Source of the DNA: Patescibacteria group bacterium
GTDB taxonomy: Bacteria; Patescibacteriota; Microgenomatia; Levybacterales; UBA12049
DNA: 64,000 bases
Direction of reading: 5' to 3'
Assembly (NCBI GenBank): GCA_035946335.1
Contig: DASYZL010000011.1
Span: 3,569 to 67,568, forward strand
Shown: positions 48,455-58,339 of the stretch, one piece after another
How positions within the stretch are numbered: position 1 is the first letter of the stretch
Layout of the letters: each line of letters starts with the position of its first letter
Notes under the pieces: generated by a model
The model's database searches: none
What the model was told of the DNA's origin: nothing
What the model saw: the letters and a program-made list of their open reading frames with translations, nothing else
Translations under genes and position numbers: made by a program

Positions 48455-48754
48455 ATGCCAGTAATCAAATCAGCAAAGAAAAAACTTCGCTCGGACAAAA
48501 AGCGTACAGCAAGGAATGCAAAGCAAAACGCTGCATTGAGAACGTTTATGAAGGCAATGCGAAAAGCGCCAAGCGAGAAAGCTTTTCAAGCAGCTCAGGC
48601 AGCAATTGATAAGGCTGCCAAAAATCATTTACTGCATAAAAATAAAGCAGCCCGGGTAAAATCATCACTCGCAAAACTCATAACCAAGAAAGAAGTAAAA
48701 CAAACTGAAAAGAAAGCTCCTGCAAAAAAGAAGCCAGCTGCAAGGAAAAAATAA
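48455..48754 (+). CDS. rpsT: 30S ribosomal protein S20.
   Basis: MPVIKSAKKKLRSDKKRTARNAKQNAALRTFMK is the canonical bS20 N-terminus. 99 aa, Lys/Ala-rich. Confidence 0.85.
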   Translation: MPVIKSAKKKLRSDKKRTARNAKQNAALRTFMKAMRKAPSEKAFQAAQAAIDKAAKNHLLHKNKAARVKSSLAKLITKKEVKQTEKKAPAKKKPAARKK

Positions 48755-48842
48755 TACACGTGGATAATTTAGTTGTATTAACCCGCTGCAAAACTAATTT
48801 AATGAATGTGTAAAAGCTTATGGAATGCTTCCGATGAAAAAA

Positions 48843-49106
48843 TCAAGGCTTCTTAAAAGTTTCCTTGAGTTCTTTAATCGCTTTACGTAATTTTGCTTTT
48901 GAAATTTCACTTTCTATATTAGCTTTTCCATCTTGCTTCGTAACAAATGTATCCATACGATCATTTATATTATGTAATCCTTCACGATATCTCTGATACC
49001 ATCCAGTATTTCTTATATTTAACCTACTTAATACGTTTACCAGACTTTGTGCCATAGGTAGTTTAGGTTGTTGCATTTCAGGACTTGGTAATAAACCCTC
49101 TGTCAT
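48843..49106 (-). CDS. Hypothetical small protein.
   Basis: 87-aa ORF. No motif recognised. Confidence 0.25.
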   Translation of the reverse strand: MTEGLLPSPEMQQPKLPMAQSLVNVLSRLNIRNTGWYQRYREGLHNINDRMDTFVTKQDGKANIESEISKAKLRKAIKELKETFKKP

Positions 49107-49355
49107 ACTTTCGATGGTAACAAATTTTTACTAAAAATTAAAGGGAACGAAGCTTTAATACGCGATTAAACATGAGATTTATTTCCTGGTACTTCAAAAT
49201 GCCTGAGCATACTTCTGTTTTTGCCTAATCTTTCCTGACTTCCCGGTACTCTTCTTAAGTAATATAGTATTGAAGCAGGAAAGCTGACAATGTTTTCCTG
49301 AAAAATGCTTCGTTCTCTTTGACAAACCTTGTAAAAATCCATAGACTAAATTTGT

Positions 49356-49907
49356 ATGCCAACAGGTGTAACTATCAACCTGGTGAAAGGTCGTGGAGAA
49401 AGTGTTATCGACCGGTTTATTGCATGGGCGATCACTCTTGGCCGAGTAGTCATTATTCTCACAGAAGGATTTGCCTTGGCTGCGTTTGTCTACCGTTTTT
49501 CTCTTGATCAGACATTGGTAAATTTACATACTAATATTTCTCAGGAACAGTCAATTCTTGTATTGCTTCATGATAAAGAAGGCCAATATCGTAATTTGCA
49601 GGACCGTCTTACTCTTTCCAAGCAGATCATTACACAGGCAAACGAAGAAGCAAAGACATTTGACAACTTCATTTCCTATATTCCTGCAAATGTTACCGTG
49701 AATAATATTACCTTTGCATCTAATACTGTCGTGTATGATTTATCTGCATCATCCAGCGATTCCTTGCTAGTACTTGTTAATAAGTTGAAAGGTAATCCGC
49801 TTGTTTCAGCAGTCAGTGTCGACAAAATAGACGATAAGACTAAAACAGCAACAATTTCCATAACTATTACTGCTACGCTTAAACCGGGTAAAGGGGTATT
49901 ATTATGA
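49356..49907 (+). CDS. PilN-like type IV pilus assembly membrane protein, putative.
   Basis: Short cytoplasmic N-terminus (INLVKGR), a single TM helix, a coiled coil, then a periplasmic domain. Architecture and size are like PilN. Confidence 0.3.
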   Translation: MPTGVTINLVKGRGESVIDRFIAWAITLGRVVIILTEGFALAAFVYRFSLDQTLVNLHTNISQEQSILVLLHDKEGQYRNLQDRLTLSKQIITQANEEAKTFDNFISYIPANVTVNNITFASNTVVYDLSASSSDSLLVLVNKLKGNPLVSAVSVDKIDDKTKTATISITITATLKPGKGVLL

Positions 49908-50524
49908 AATTATCTTTTGATACAAATTTCCTCAGACATAATGTAAGCGAAAAATACCTCGCGACAATTATGCCGGCCTTAAAAGAAAAAAAAGTTCAGT
50001 CATTTACTACCCTTGTTTTTACATTGCTTGCAATTTCATTTTTTGGCATTTTTGCTATCAGCCCGACAGCAACAACTATTGTAGATTTGCAAAAACAGAT
50101 CAGTGATGATCGATTTGTTGACAATCAATTGGCAGTTAAAATTAGTCATCTTTCCCAGTTGCAAGGGCAATTTCAGACAATACAGAGTCAACTCCCTGTT
50201 GTATATGCGGCTGTGCCGACTGATCCTGCTCTTGCTACATTTGTCGGGCAACTCCAAACACTGGGAACAAGTGGACATGTAAAAGTAGATAATATTCAAA
50301 CACTTCCTGTAGATTTAACACAATCTTCTCTATCGGGAAAGTACAATACATTTGTATTTGCTATCAATGTAGAGGGAAATTATGCAGATGTGGCAGACTT
50401 TCTTTCAGCAATAATAGGTTTTAACAGATTACTTGTTGTTGACAGTATCTCTGTGCAGAAAGCAGCCTCTGTAGAGGGTTACCGCATTAACATACAGGGA
50501 AGGTCATTTTTCAAAACGCAATAA
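49904..50524 (+). CDS. PilO-like type IV pilus assembly membrane protein, putative.
   Basis: Single N-terminal TM helix, a coiled-coil segment and a C-terminal beta-rich domain. It is translationally coupled (4-nt overlap) to the PilN-like gene. Confidence 0.3.
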   Translation: MKLSFDTNFLRHNVSEKYLATIMPALKEKKVQSFTTLVFTLLAISFFGIFAISPTATTIVDLQKQISDDRFVDNQLAVKISHLSQLQGQFQTIQSQLPVVYAAVPTDPALATFVGQLQTLGTSGHVKVDNIQTLPVDLTQSSLSGKYNTFVFAINVEGNYADVADFLSAIIGFNRLLVVDSISVQKAASVEGYRINIQGRSFFKTQ

Positions 50525-50525
50525 T

Positions 50526-50876
50526 ATGAAACAAAATGATTTACTTTTTCTTTTGATTTCATCGGCAATATTGGTCACCGTGTGGGTTGCTTTTAGTATT
50601 ATCCATGCGTCGTTAACTTCATCAATCAGTCCAATAGTTGGACAGGAATTATCGCCTATTGCTGCCAGTTTTGATGCAAAAATGCTTACTGTTCTTGCAT
50701 CGAGGACGAAAATAACGCCAGCCTCTGTCCTACTTCTTTCGCCCTCTCCCAAGCCAACAATTGTTCCAGTGACGCCAATTTTGCCTTTCGTGCAAGTGTC
50801 GATTATTACTCCTGTTGCGTCTTCTTCTGCTCAATCTGGAACGCAAAGCGCAACACAAGGAGGGACAAAACAATGA
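50526..50876 (+). CDS. Small membrane-anchored Pro/Ser-rich protein (PilP-like position), hypothetical.
   Basis: 116-aa ORF with an N-terminal TM helix and a low-complexity Pro-rich tail. Overlaps the next gene by 4 nt. Confidence 0.3.
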   Translation: MKQNDLLFLLISSAILVTVWVAFSIIHASLTSSISPIVGQELSPIAASFDAKMLTVLASRTKITPASVLLLSPSPKPTIVPVTPILPFVQVSIITPVASSSAQSGTQSATQGGTKQ

Positions 50877-52240
50877 GAAGCTTCTGGGACCAACGTATAC
50901 CAACTCTTCTCGGCATTTTTCTTATTATCGTAGGCATTGGTGTTACAACGTACGTTTTGCAGCAGACGACCAATCTATTTGGTCACGCAGCGCCAAGCGA
51001 AACACCGAGTGATATTCGTATAACCAATGTGACAGATAGCTCATTCACGGTATCGTATCATACAGATGCGAGTGTTATCGGAACATTGTCAGTCGGTACA
51101 ACAAATACGCAAACTGTTTTTGATGAAAGGGATGAAAAATCTGGTACCCCAAAAGATTACCATGTGCATAGTTTTACTGTGCAAAATCTTAAACCGCAGA
51201 CAACATACAGTTTTTCCGTACTGTCAGGGACAACGACATTTTTACATAATGGTAGTCCGTTCACTGTTGCCACCGGTACAACAATTTCCACAAATCCTTC
51301 AGGTCAACTTCCCTTTGCCGGAAAACTCATCAATCCGGACGGTTCTCTTCCAGCTGATGCCATTGTTTACGTGACAACAGCGGGTGGGCAATCGCTTTCT
51401 GCTCTCGTAAGATTAACAGGATTGTATTTAATTCCTCTCAATACGATGCGAACAAAAGATTTTGCGTCATACATGGTATTTGCTTCGAATACCAAGCTGA
51501 ATATTCTGGCAACCGATGGAATTAATACGTCTCAAGCAACCGCGTTTGTGTCAGATATTAATCCGGTTGCTGCAATGACATTGTCACAAAATTATGATTT
51601 TACCATTAGTGTTCAACCTATCGCATCGTCTGCAGCGGCAATTACACCTTTCCCTGTTTTTCCTGTCGAATCAGGTGTTGTAACACCGAAAATTACTACC
51701 CCAGGTAAAGATAACCAGTCATTTACTGATTCACAGCCGTTATTTCAAGGAACAGGACAGCCAGGGCAGACGGTAACTATTGAAATTCATTCAGACAGTG
51801 TAATAAAAACGCAGGTGACAACGAACCCGTCAGGTCAATGGTCATACCGTCCACCAAAGCCACTCGGTCCCGGACAACACACGATTACCATTCAAACCGC
51901 AAATCAAAATGGCATTATCCAAACGATACAACGGTCATTTACAGTATTTGCGGCAGGGTCTCAAGTAAGTGAGTCTGCAACGCCAAGCGCAACTCCAACC
52001 GTTACTATTCCTACACCTACACCAACGTTTATACCAACAGTAATACCAACGGTTACGCCATTGCCGACGCTCACACCAACACCTATTCTTATTCCTTCTG
52101 CAACACCAACCATACATGCAGTTTTTGCGCCCTCAACTGCAAAAACCATTCCCGTGACAGGAAATGAAACACCTGCTATCATTGCTGCAGGTGCGGGAGT
52201 GGTAACGACAATTGTCGGTATACTGATCCTCGTTTTATGA
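50873..52240 (+). CDS. Cell-surface protein. N-terminal TM/signal, an FN3-like beta-sandwich domain, a Thr/Pro-rich stalk and a C-terminal TM anchor.
   Basis: An FN3/purple-acid-phosphatase-N-like segment (ITNVTDSSFTVSYHTDA...SFTVQNLKPQTTYSFSV). A long TP-rich linker (TPSATPTVTIPTPTPTFIPTVIPTVTPLPTLTPTP). Terminal hydrophobic helix AIIAAGAGVVTTIVGILILVL. Confidence 0.45.
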   Translation: MRSFWDQRIPTLLGIFLIIVGIGVTTYVLQQTTNLFGHAAPSETPSDIRITNVTDSSFTVSYHTDASVIGTLSVGTTNTQTVFDERDEKSGTPKDYHVHSFTVQNLKPQTTYSFSVLSGTTTFLHNGSPFTVATGTTISTNPSGQLPFAGKLINPDGSLPADAIVYVTTAGGQSLSALVRLTGLYLIPLNTMRTKDFASYMVFASNTKLNILATDGINTSQATAFVSDINPVAAMTLSQNYDFTISVQPIASSAAAITPFPVFPVESGVVTPKITTPGKDNQSFTDSQPLFQGTGQPGQTVTIEIHSDSVIKTQVTTNPSGQWSYRPPKPLGPGQHTITIQTANQNGIIQTIQRSFTVFAAGSQVSESATPSATPTVTIPTPTPTFIPTVIPTVTPLPTLTPTPILIPSATPTIHAVFAPSTAKTIPVTGNETPAIIAAGAGVVTTIVGILILVL

Positions 52241-53535
52241 AAGTAGCAGTAATTGGTGCCGGATTTACCGGCCTTTCAGCGGCGTACGAATTGGTAAAAA
52301 AAGGACATGAAGTAACTGTTTTTGAAAAAGACAGTCAGCCTGGTGGTTTAGCGATCGGCTATAAGGAGAAGGGATGGGATTGGACACTTGAAGCGTTTTA
52401 CCATCACTGGTTTACTAATGATTACGCAATTCTCAATCTGGCAGAACGCTTGCATTACCCTGTTATTACCAGGCGTCCCAAAACCGCTTCCCTTATTGAT
52501 GACAGGATTTATCAGCTTGATTCACCTGCAACCCTTTTAACGTTCCAAAAGCTATCTCCTCTTGAAAGGCTGCAGATGGGAATAGCGTTAGGTATATTGC
52601 GATTCAATCCATTCTGGAAACCGCTTGAACATATAACCGCAACAGCATTTTTATCAAAAACTGTGGGGAAACGCGCATACAAAATTTTATGGGAACCCCT
52701 ATTAGTGGGAAAGTTCGGCAGGTACGCTTCTACGATTTCTCTCACATGGTTTTGGTCACGAATTGCGAAACGGACAACAGAACTTGCCTATCCAGAAGGT
52801 GGGTTTCTCCGCTTTGCTGAATTTTTTGCACAGAAGATACAGGAAAAAAAGGGGATGATACAATATCAGGCCTCAATTGAGAAAATTGGAAGAGAAGGTG
52901 ATAAAGTTGTCGTCTATCATACTTCAAATGCAATGAAAAATCCTCGTTCTGCCCGGACAGGAGAGGGGTTCGATAAAGTTATTGTCACGTTACCATCATT
53001 TGCATTCCTCAAACTTGCGCCTCAATTGCCGGAAACCTATAAAACATCACTCACCTCATTGAAGGGACTTGGTGCAATAACTGTTATTATGCGTTTACGC
53101 CAACAGCTATTTCAGGATAATACCTATTGGTTAAATGTTTGCGACACAAAAGCACCGGTTCTTGCAATTGTTGAACATACACATTTCATGGATAAAAAAC
53201 ACTATAATAATGAACATCTTGTTTACCTTGGTAATTATCTGCCAAACGATCATCCGTACTTTTCGCTTTCCGCAGAAGAGCTGTTAGAAAAATTTGATCC
53301 GCTTGTTCGTAAACTTAACCCAGAGTATAAAAAATCGCTAATTGGTGTTAAAAAATTCAGTGTTCCATTTGCCCAACCGATTATTCCAATTAATTATTCA
53401 AAGAAAATTCCTCCATTTGATACGCCTCTTCAGGATGTTTACCTTGCGAATATGCAGCAGGTGTATCCCTGGGACAGAGGTACAAATTATGCAGTAGAGC
53501 TGGGGCAAAATGTCGTCAAACATATTCTTTCATGA
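52237..53535 (+). CDS. FAD-dependent oxidoreductase with an N-terminal Rossmann GxGxxG. UDP-galactopyranose mutase-like or amine-oxidase-like.
   Basis: MKVAVIGAGFTGLSAAYEL...VFEKDSQPGGLA dinucleotide-binding motif. A downstream HHWFTND segment resembles the Glf HIFHTND region. Confidence 0.5.
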   Translation: MKVAVIGAGFTGLSAAYELVKKGHEVTVFEKDSQPGGLAIGYKEKGWDWTLEAFYHHWFTNDYAILNLAERLHYPVITRRPKTASLIDDRIYQLDSPATLLTFQKLSPLERLQMGIALGILRFNPFWKPLEHITATAFLSKTVGKRAYKILWEPLLVGKFGRYASTISLTWFWSRIAKRTTELAYPEGGFLRFAEFFAQKIQEKKGMIQYQASIEKIGREGDKVVVYHTSNAMKNPRSARTGEGFDKVIVTLPSFAFLKLAPQLPETYKTSLTSLKGLGAITVIMRLRQQLFQDNTYWLNVCDTKAPVLAIVEHTHFMDKKHYNNEHLVYLGNYLPNDHPYFSLSAEELLEKFDPLVRKLNPEYKKSLIGVKKFSVPFAQPIIPINYSKKIPPFDTPLQDVYLANMQQVYPWDRGTNYAVELGQNVVKHILS

Positions 53536-55181
53536 TAAAATTTTTCCGTCATCACCTGCTAGGGCTTCTTTTTTTTATTGCTTTGATTGCAGTAAGTATC
53601 TTCATGCGGTTTTACAACCTGAACTGGGATAGTGGCTATTTATTCCATCCTGACGAGCGTAATATTGCCAATGCAGTTACAAAAGTTAGTTTTTTCTCAC
53701 AGCTAAATCCGCAATTTTTTGCATATGGTGGGTTTTCCATATACGTATACCGCTTCGCAGCAGATATGCTCGTTTTTTTTACACATGACACGAGCTGGGT
53801 TCATAATTGGGGAGATATTGATATTATTGGAAGATTTTTCTCAGCTTTATTTTCCTCATTGACGCTTATCCCGTTATATTTTCTTACCCGGAAGGTTTTT
53901 AACCGGCAAACAGCTATTATCGCGACCTTATTCTATGCTTTCTCTGTTTCAGCAATACAAATTGCCCATTTTGCCACAACGGATAGTTTATTAACATGCG
54001 AAGGAGTGTTACTGGGATTACTCGGTATGTATCTGTATCATGCATTTTCCTGGAAACTGCTTTTTGTATCAGCAGTTGTCGTTGGCATCAGCGTCGCGAC
54101 AAAAACCAGTGCATTACTTTTTGTTGTTTTTCCTGTTCTGGGGACGTTTTTACCTGTTTTCCATAAAAAAAATGAATCCTTGAAAATGCTTGCAGCACTT
54201 GTTGTTTTTGGTTTCATAAGCCTTGCTGTTTTTACGCTCTTTTCTCCGTACACATTTTTGGACTATAAAGATTTTATCGCTTCTATGAATTACGAGAGTG
54301 GTGTGGCAACAGGGAGTTTGCCGGTTGTGTATACTCTGCAATTTAACGGCAGCATACCATATGTATTTCAACTAATGAATTTTTTCTGGCAAATAGGATT
54401 ACTCGCACCGTTTGGTGTTTTGGGAGTCTTTTTGACTTTCTATCATGTATGGAAAACGCGGCACTTGCAATATGTTGTTTTCTTAAGCTTCCCTCTAATA
54501 TATTTTTTCTATGTTGGATCATGGCACACCAAATTTTTGCGCTATATGCTGCCATTTTTACCGTTTTACGTCATCATGGCAAGCGCATGGCTGATATGGT
54601 TACAGAAACGTGTTTGGTTGTTTTCTCATTTGCTCATTGGTTTTCTCCTGTTTGCCACCACGCTTTGGGCGTTTGCATTTTTTCATATTTATCAAGTGCC
54701 TCAAACCCGCATTGTTGCCTCACAATGGATGTACACACATATTCCTGCAGGAAATAAAATTCTTACCGAGGCATGGGATGATGGACTGCCCATCGGTATC
54801 GACAATAATACGCCGCAACAATACAATATTGAGCAACTCAATATGTATGATCCTGACAGCACTGCAAAAATGCAGTATTTAGCAAACGAACTGGCATCTG
54901 CAAATTATATTATTTTTAATAGCAGGCGATTATATGGGACCCTCATCCGTTTAACAAAAGAGTATCCGCTTACCAGCCAATACTATAAAAAACTGTTTGC
55001 CGGGACACTAGGCTATACAAACATTGCAACGTTTGCTTCGTATCCTGCAATTTCGGGAATCACTGTTATTGATGATAGCAGCGAAGAGACATTCCAGGTG
55101 TATGATCACCCAAAAGTAATCATATTTGAAAATACTGCACATTTGAGTCAGCAGCAACTGTTTGCAATTCTGAAGAAATAA
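53532..55181 (+). CDS. GT-C fold membrane glycosyltransferase (PMT_2/ArnT-like).
   Basis: 549 aa with more than 10 TM helices. The first extracytoplasmic loop carries the DE motif (YLFHPDERNIANAV). Overlaps the upstream gene by 4 nt. Confidence 0.55.
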   Translation: MIKFFRHHLLGLLFFIALIAVSIFMRFYNLNWDSGYLFHPDERNIANAVTKVSFFSQLNPQFFAYGGFSIYVYRFAADMLVFFTHDTSWVHNWGDIDIIGRFFSALFSSLTLIPLYFLTRKVFNRQTAIIATLFYAFSVSAIQIAHFATTDSLLTCEGVLLGLLGMYLYHAFSWKLLFVSAVVVGISVATKTSALLFVVFPVLGTFLPVFHKKNESLKMLAALVVFGFISLAVFTLFSPYTFLDYKDFIASMNYESGVATGSLPVVYTLQFNGSIPYVFQLMNFFWQIGLLAPFGVLGVFLTFYHVWKTRHLQYVVFLSFPLIYFFYVGSWHTKFLRYMLPFLPFYVIMASAWLIWLQKRVWLFSHLLIGFLLFATTLWAFAFFHIYQVPQTRIVASQWMYTHIPAGNKILTEAWDDGLPIGIDNNTPQQYNIEQLNMYDPDSTAKMQYLANELASANYIIFNSRRLYGTLIRLTKEYPLTSQYYKKLFAGTLGYTNIATFASYPAISGITVIDDSSEETFQVYDHPKVIIFENTAHLSQQQLFAILKK

Positions 55182-55278
55182 AATAATATGGACGGTACTG
55201 GCAGAATCGCCTATAATATACCATGTATCTTTTTCTCTTCGCCAAACGTAATGGTTGTGAGTCAATGTGTAATTAACT

Positions 55279-57531
55279 ATGTTAGGAATTGCTGATTTTC
55301 TCTCTTTACTCAAATGGTGGGGAGTACTTTTTTCTATTGGCATTGTTTTTCTGCCGGTGACCGTAAGATTCCTTGGCATTTTTTTTGATAAAGGGTATGC
55401 GTTTAGTAAAATTATCGGGACTATTGTACTCTCTTACATTATTTTGTGTGTCGGGGAGTTACATCTTATATCGTTTAGTACAGCAAATTGTTTTCTGCTT
55501 CTTCTTTGGTGTGGTTTACTCCAGCTGATTCTTCACTTAAGTTATTCATGGAAGGAAATGTTACAAAAAGTCACGAAGTACATAAAAACAACGTGGGCAT
55601 TTATGTTATTTGAAGAAATACTTTTTTTAATCGCGCTCTACTTCTGGAGTTATATCAGGACATTTGCCCCAGATATTCACGGGCTGGAAAAATTTATGGA
55701 TTACGGATTTGTCAACTCTATTCTGCGAAGTACCTACTTTCCACCGAAAGACATGTGGTATACGCCCATGCCCATTAATTACTATTACTTTGGTCACTTG
55801 ATGACTGCAGTTTTGACGAAACTTTCCTTTCTTTCCTCAAACATCACCTTTAATCTGATGATCGCAACGCTTTTTGCTCTAACGCTCACTCTCTCGTTTT
55901 CTCTTGGCGCCAACTTTTTCTTTGCATTATTTGTTGAAAAAAAAGAAAAGCTGTCTTTTAAAACATACAAAACAATGCTGCTTGGTGGTATATTTGCTGC
56001 ATTTCTAGCAGCACTTAGCGGTAATTTACATACTATTTACAGTTTTTTCAGAATCTACAATACCGACACACCGCAACCTCCCTGGAAAATGATATTTTCT
56101 GTGCAAACGTTCCCGAATGGGTACTGGTATCCAAACGCAACGCGGTTTATTTACCATACGATTCACGAGTTTCCTTTGTATTCGTTTGTCGTTTCAGATT
56201 TACACGGGCATGTACTTGATATTCCTGTGGTTCTCACTGCAGTTGCGTTGCTTTTTGCCATCTATTTGCAAAAGCGCGAACAAGCAAAATTATCCCAACA
56301 AGAATCTTTGTTTGCTGTGATTGTAGAGCAGCTACACATACTTTCTCCGTGGATCTTTTACAGCTTTCTCCTTGGTGTTATGTATATGACGAATGCGTCG
56401 GATGGACTAATCTATTTTCTCTTTTCTCTCCCTGTCATATTTCTTTTGCATAAGAAATATCCGTTATTTTCCCCAAAAAATATTTTTCAATTGCAATTAT
56501 TCCAAACAGTTATTACCCTTTTTGCTGGTCTCTTACTCTTTGCATTGCCATTTTCACTCTTTTTCAAATCATTTGTTTCACAAATAGGCGTGATATGTGT
56601 ACCACAATTTTTAATTAACAAAGGATCAATCGGCCCGTTTCTCTTTGAAGCAAATCATTGCATGCACTCACCGTGGTGGCAACTTCTTATCCTGTACGGT
56701 TTTTTTGCATTCTGGTTTTTGGGATTGTGTATTATTCTCTGGATGCAAAAGAGAAAACAGCATTCCCTTTTCCGAGTGGATATATTTCTGTTGTTCTTGG
56801 GATTGTTTGCATTTATCCTTATTGCTATTCCGGAATTTGTCTATTTCAAAGATATTTACAGTACCTATTATCGTGCAAACACGATGTTTAAGTTTGTATA
56901 TCAGGCGTTTCTTCTTCTTGCGTTACTCAGCGGCTATACTTTAGTCCGGTTTTTTACGAATCCGGTAAGAAAAGAAACACCTTCGGTGAAAGTCTTTCTC
57001 AGTTTTTTTGGTCTATTTGGACTTGTGCTTTTTACTCTTGTTGGTATGTATCCATACTTTGCGATTCCGTCATATTACAACAACCTGCAAAACCCAAAAA
57101 CCCTCGATGGCACATCATATCTGGCAGCCTTATATCCAAGTGATAATAAAGCAATAGAGTGGATAAATACTCATATTACCGGTCAGCCAGTTATTGCGGA
57201 GGCACAAGGAGATTCATATACGGATTATGCGCGTGTTTCTGCAAATACAGGACTTCCAACCATTTTCGGCTGGACTGTGCATGAGTGGTTATGGCGCGGT
57301 ACATATGATATTGCGCCACCACGCATCACTGACGTACAAACACTTTATGAAACACCATCGGCATCAGTTGCACAAGCAATTATCCATAAATACGACGTAT
57401 CATTTATCTTTGTAGGACAGTTAGAGCGGCAGAAATATAAATTGCAGGAAGCAAAGTTTCAGCAAATCGGGCACGTTGTGTATGCTTCTGGCATCACGAC
57501 GATTTATCAAGTATTTCCCGAAAAACTCTGA
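55279..57531 (+). CDS. Large polytopic membrane protein of the YYY-motif (DUF2298 / Chlor_Arch_YYY) family, putative glycosylation/surface-assembly factor.
   Basis: 750 aa with about 18 TM helices and an INYYYFGHL motif. C-terminal extracytoplasmic domain. Confidence 0.5.
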   Translation: MLGIADFLSLLKWWGVLFSIGIVFLPVTVRFLGIFFDKGYAFSKIIGTIVLSYIILCVGELHLISFSTANCFLLLLWCGLLQLILHLSYSWKEMLQKVTKYIKTTWAFMLFEEILFLIALYFWSYIRTFAPDIHGLEKFMDYGFVNSILRSTYFPPKDMWYTPMPINYYYFGHLMTAVLTKLSFLSSNITFNLMIATLFALTLTLSFSLGANFFFALFVEKKEKLSFKTYKTMLLGGIFAAFLAALSGNLHTIYSFFRIYNTDTPQPPWKMIFSVQTFPNGYWYPNATRFIYHTIHEFPLYSFVVSDLHGHVLDIPVVLTAVALLFAIYLQKREQAKLSQQESLFAVIVEQLHILSPWIFYSFLLGVMYMTNASDGLIYFLFSLPVIFLLHKKYPLFSPKNIFQLQLFQTVITLFAGLLLFALPFSLFFKSFVSQIGVICVPQFLINKGSIGPFLFEANHCMHSPWWQLLILYGFFAFWFLGLCIILWMQKRKQHSLFRVDIFLLFLGLFAFILIAIPEFVYFKDIYSTYYRANTMFKFVYQAFLLLALLSGYTLVRFFTNPVRKETPSVKVFLSFFGLFGLVLFTLVGMYPYFAIPSYYNNLQNPKTLDGTSYLAALYPSDNKAIEWINTHITGQPVIAEAQGDSYTDYARVSANTGLPTIFGWTVHEWLWRGTYDIAPPRITDVQTLYETPSASVAQAIIHKYDVSFIFVGQLERQKYKLQEAKFQQIGHVVYASGITTIYQVFPEKL

Positions 57532-58282
57532 CTGAATCGGCAACTGCGGAAAAATCATATACATTTCTCATCAAAGTTAAACGCGGGTAGTACACCTCCA
57601 GTGTCATTAACCCTTGATACTTTTTCTTTTTCAGAAAGGATAAAAATCCCGTTACGTCAAGTATGCCTCTATTTAACGGTAAATGGTGATGTCCTTTAAC
57701 AAACGAGGATACATGAATGTTGGCAATTTTAGGGAGCAGTTTTTGGAATACTTGTGTTTCCTGGGGTTTTGTGAGCTCAGCATGACTGACGTCATAGGTA
57801 ATTGATAAGCCGTACGTTTCAGCAAATTCGCTAATCATGGCAAGATGCTGCTGAACTGTTGTATGAGGGGGCAGGAAAAGTTTATGGTACATGAAGTCAT
57901 TAGGCATGTTTTCCAGCATAATGTGTACATTGTACTGTTGTTGTAGGCGTGAAAGATGAGAAAAGTATCGCTGCATATTTTTACTTTCAAATGACTGAAA
58001 CGCCAATGGATGAAATACAATACGATTTACTCCAAGTTCTTGTACATAGAGCAGGAAGCGCTCATCAAAATACATGCCGAGCCCGGACCAGGCCGGTTGA
58101 TGGACAGACGTGATAGGGAGGCGATATTTCTGTGAAAGGTACTTAATATGTTGCAGATGTAAACGCGATTTTATTCCTAGGACAAGCTCAATACCGTCAA
58201 CGCCAGCTTTGCTAAACTCTTTAAAGAACGTTTCCAATCGGGAAAGCATGGGAAAGTCAGTTATTGATGCACTAATTTTCAT
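57494..58282 (-). CDS. Sugar phosphate isomerase/epimerase-like TIM-barrel protein (xylose isomerase-like fold), putative.
   Basis: 262 aa. The motifs GVDGIELVLG, IVFHPLAF, HIMLENMP and LTLEVY resemble the AP-endonuclease-2/xylose-isomerase-like TIM barrel family. Confidence 0.4.
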   Translation of the reverse strand: MKISASITDFPMLSRLETFFKEFSKAGVDGIELVLGIKSRLHLQHIKYLSQKYRLPITSVHQPAWSGLGMYFDERFLLYVQELGVNRIVFHPLAFQSFESKNMQRYFSHLSRLQQQYNVHIMLENMPNDFMYHKLFLPPHTTVQQHLAMISEFAETYGLSITYDVSHAELTKPQETQVFQKLLPKIANIHVSSFVKGHHHLPLNRGILDVTGFLSFLKKKKYQGLMTLEVYYPRLTLMRNVYDFSAVADSVRVFREILDKSS

Positions 58283-58339
58283 ACGTGTTTACTTCTAACG
58301 TCCGATGCAATAGAAAACCAACGAAAAATGATTGATTTT

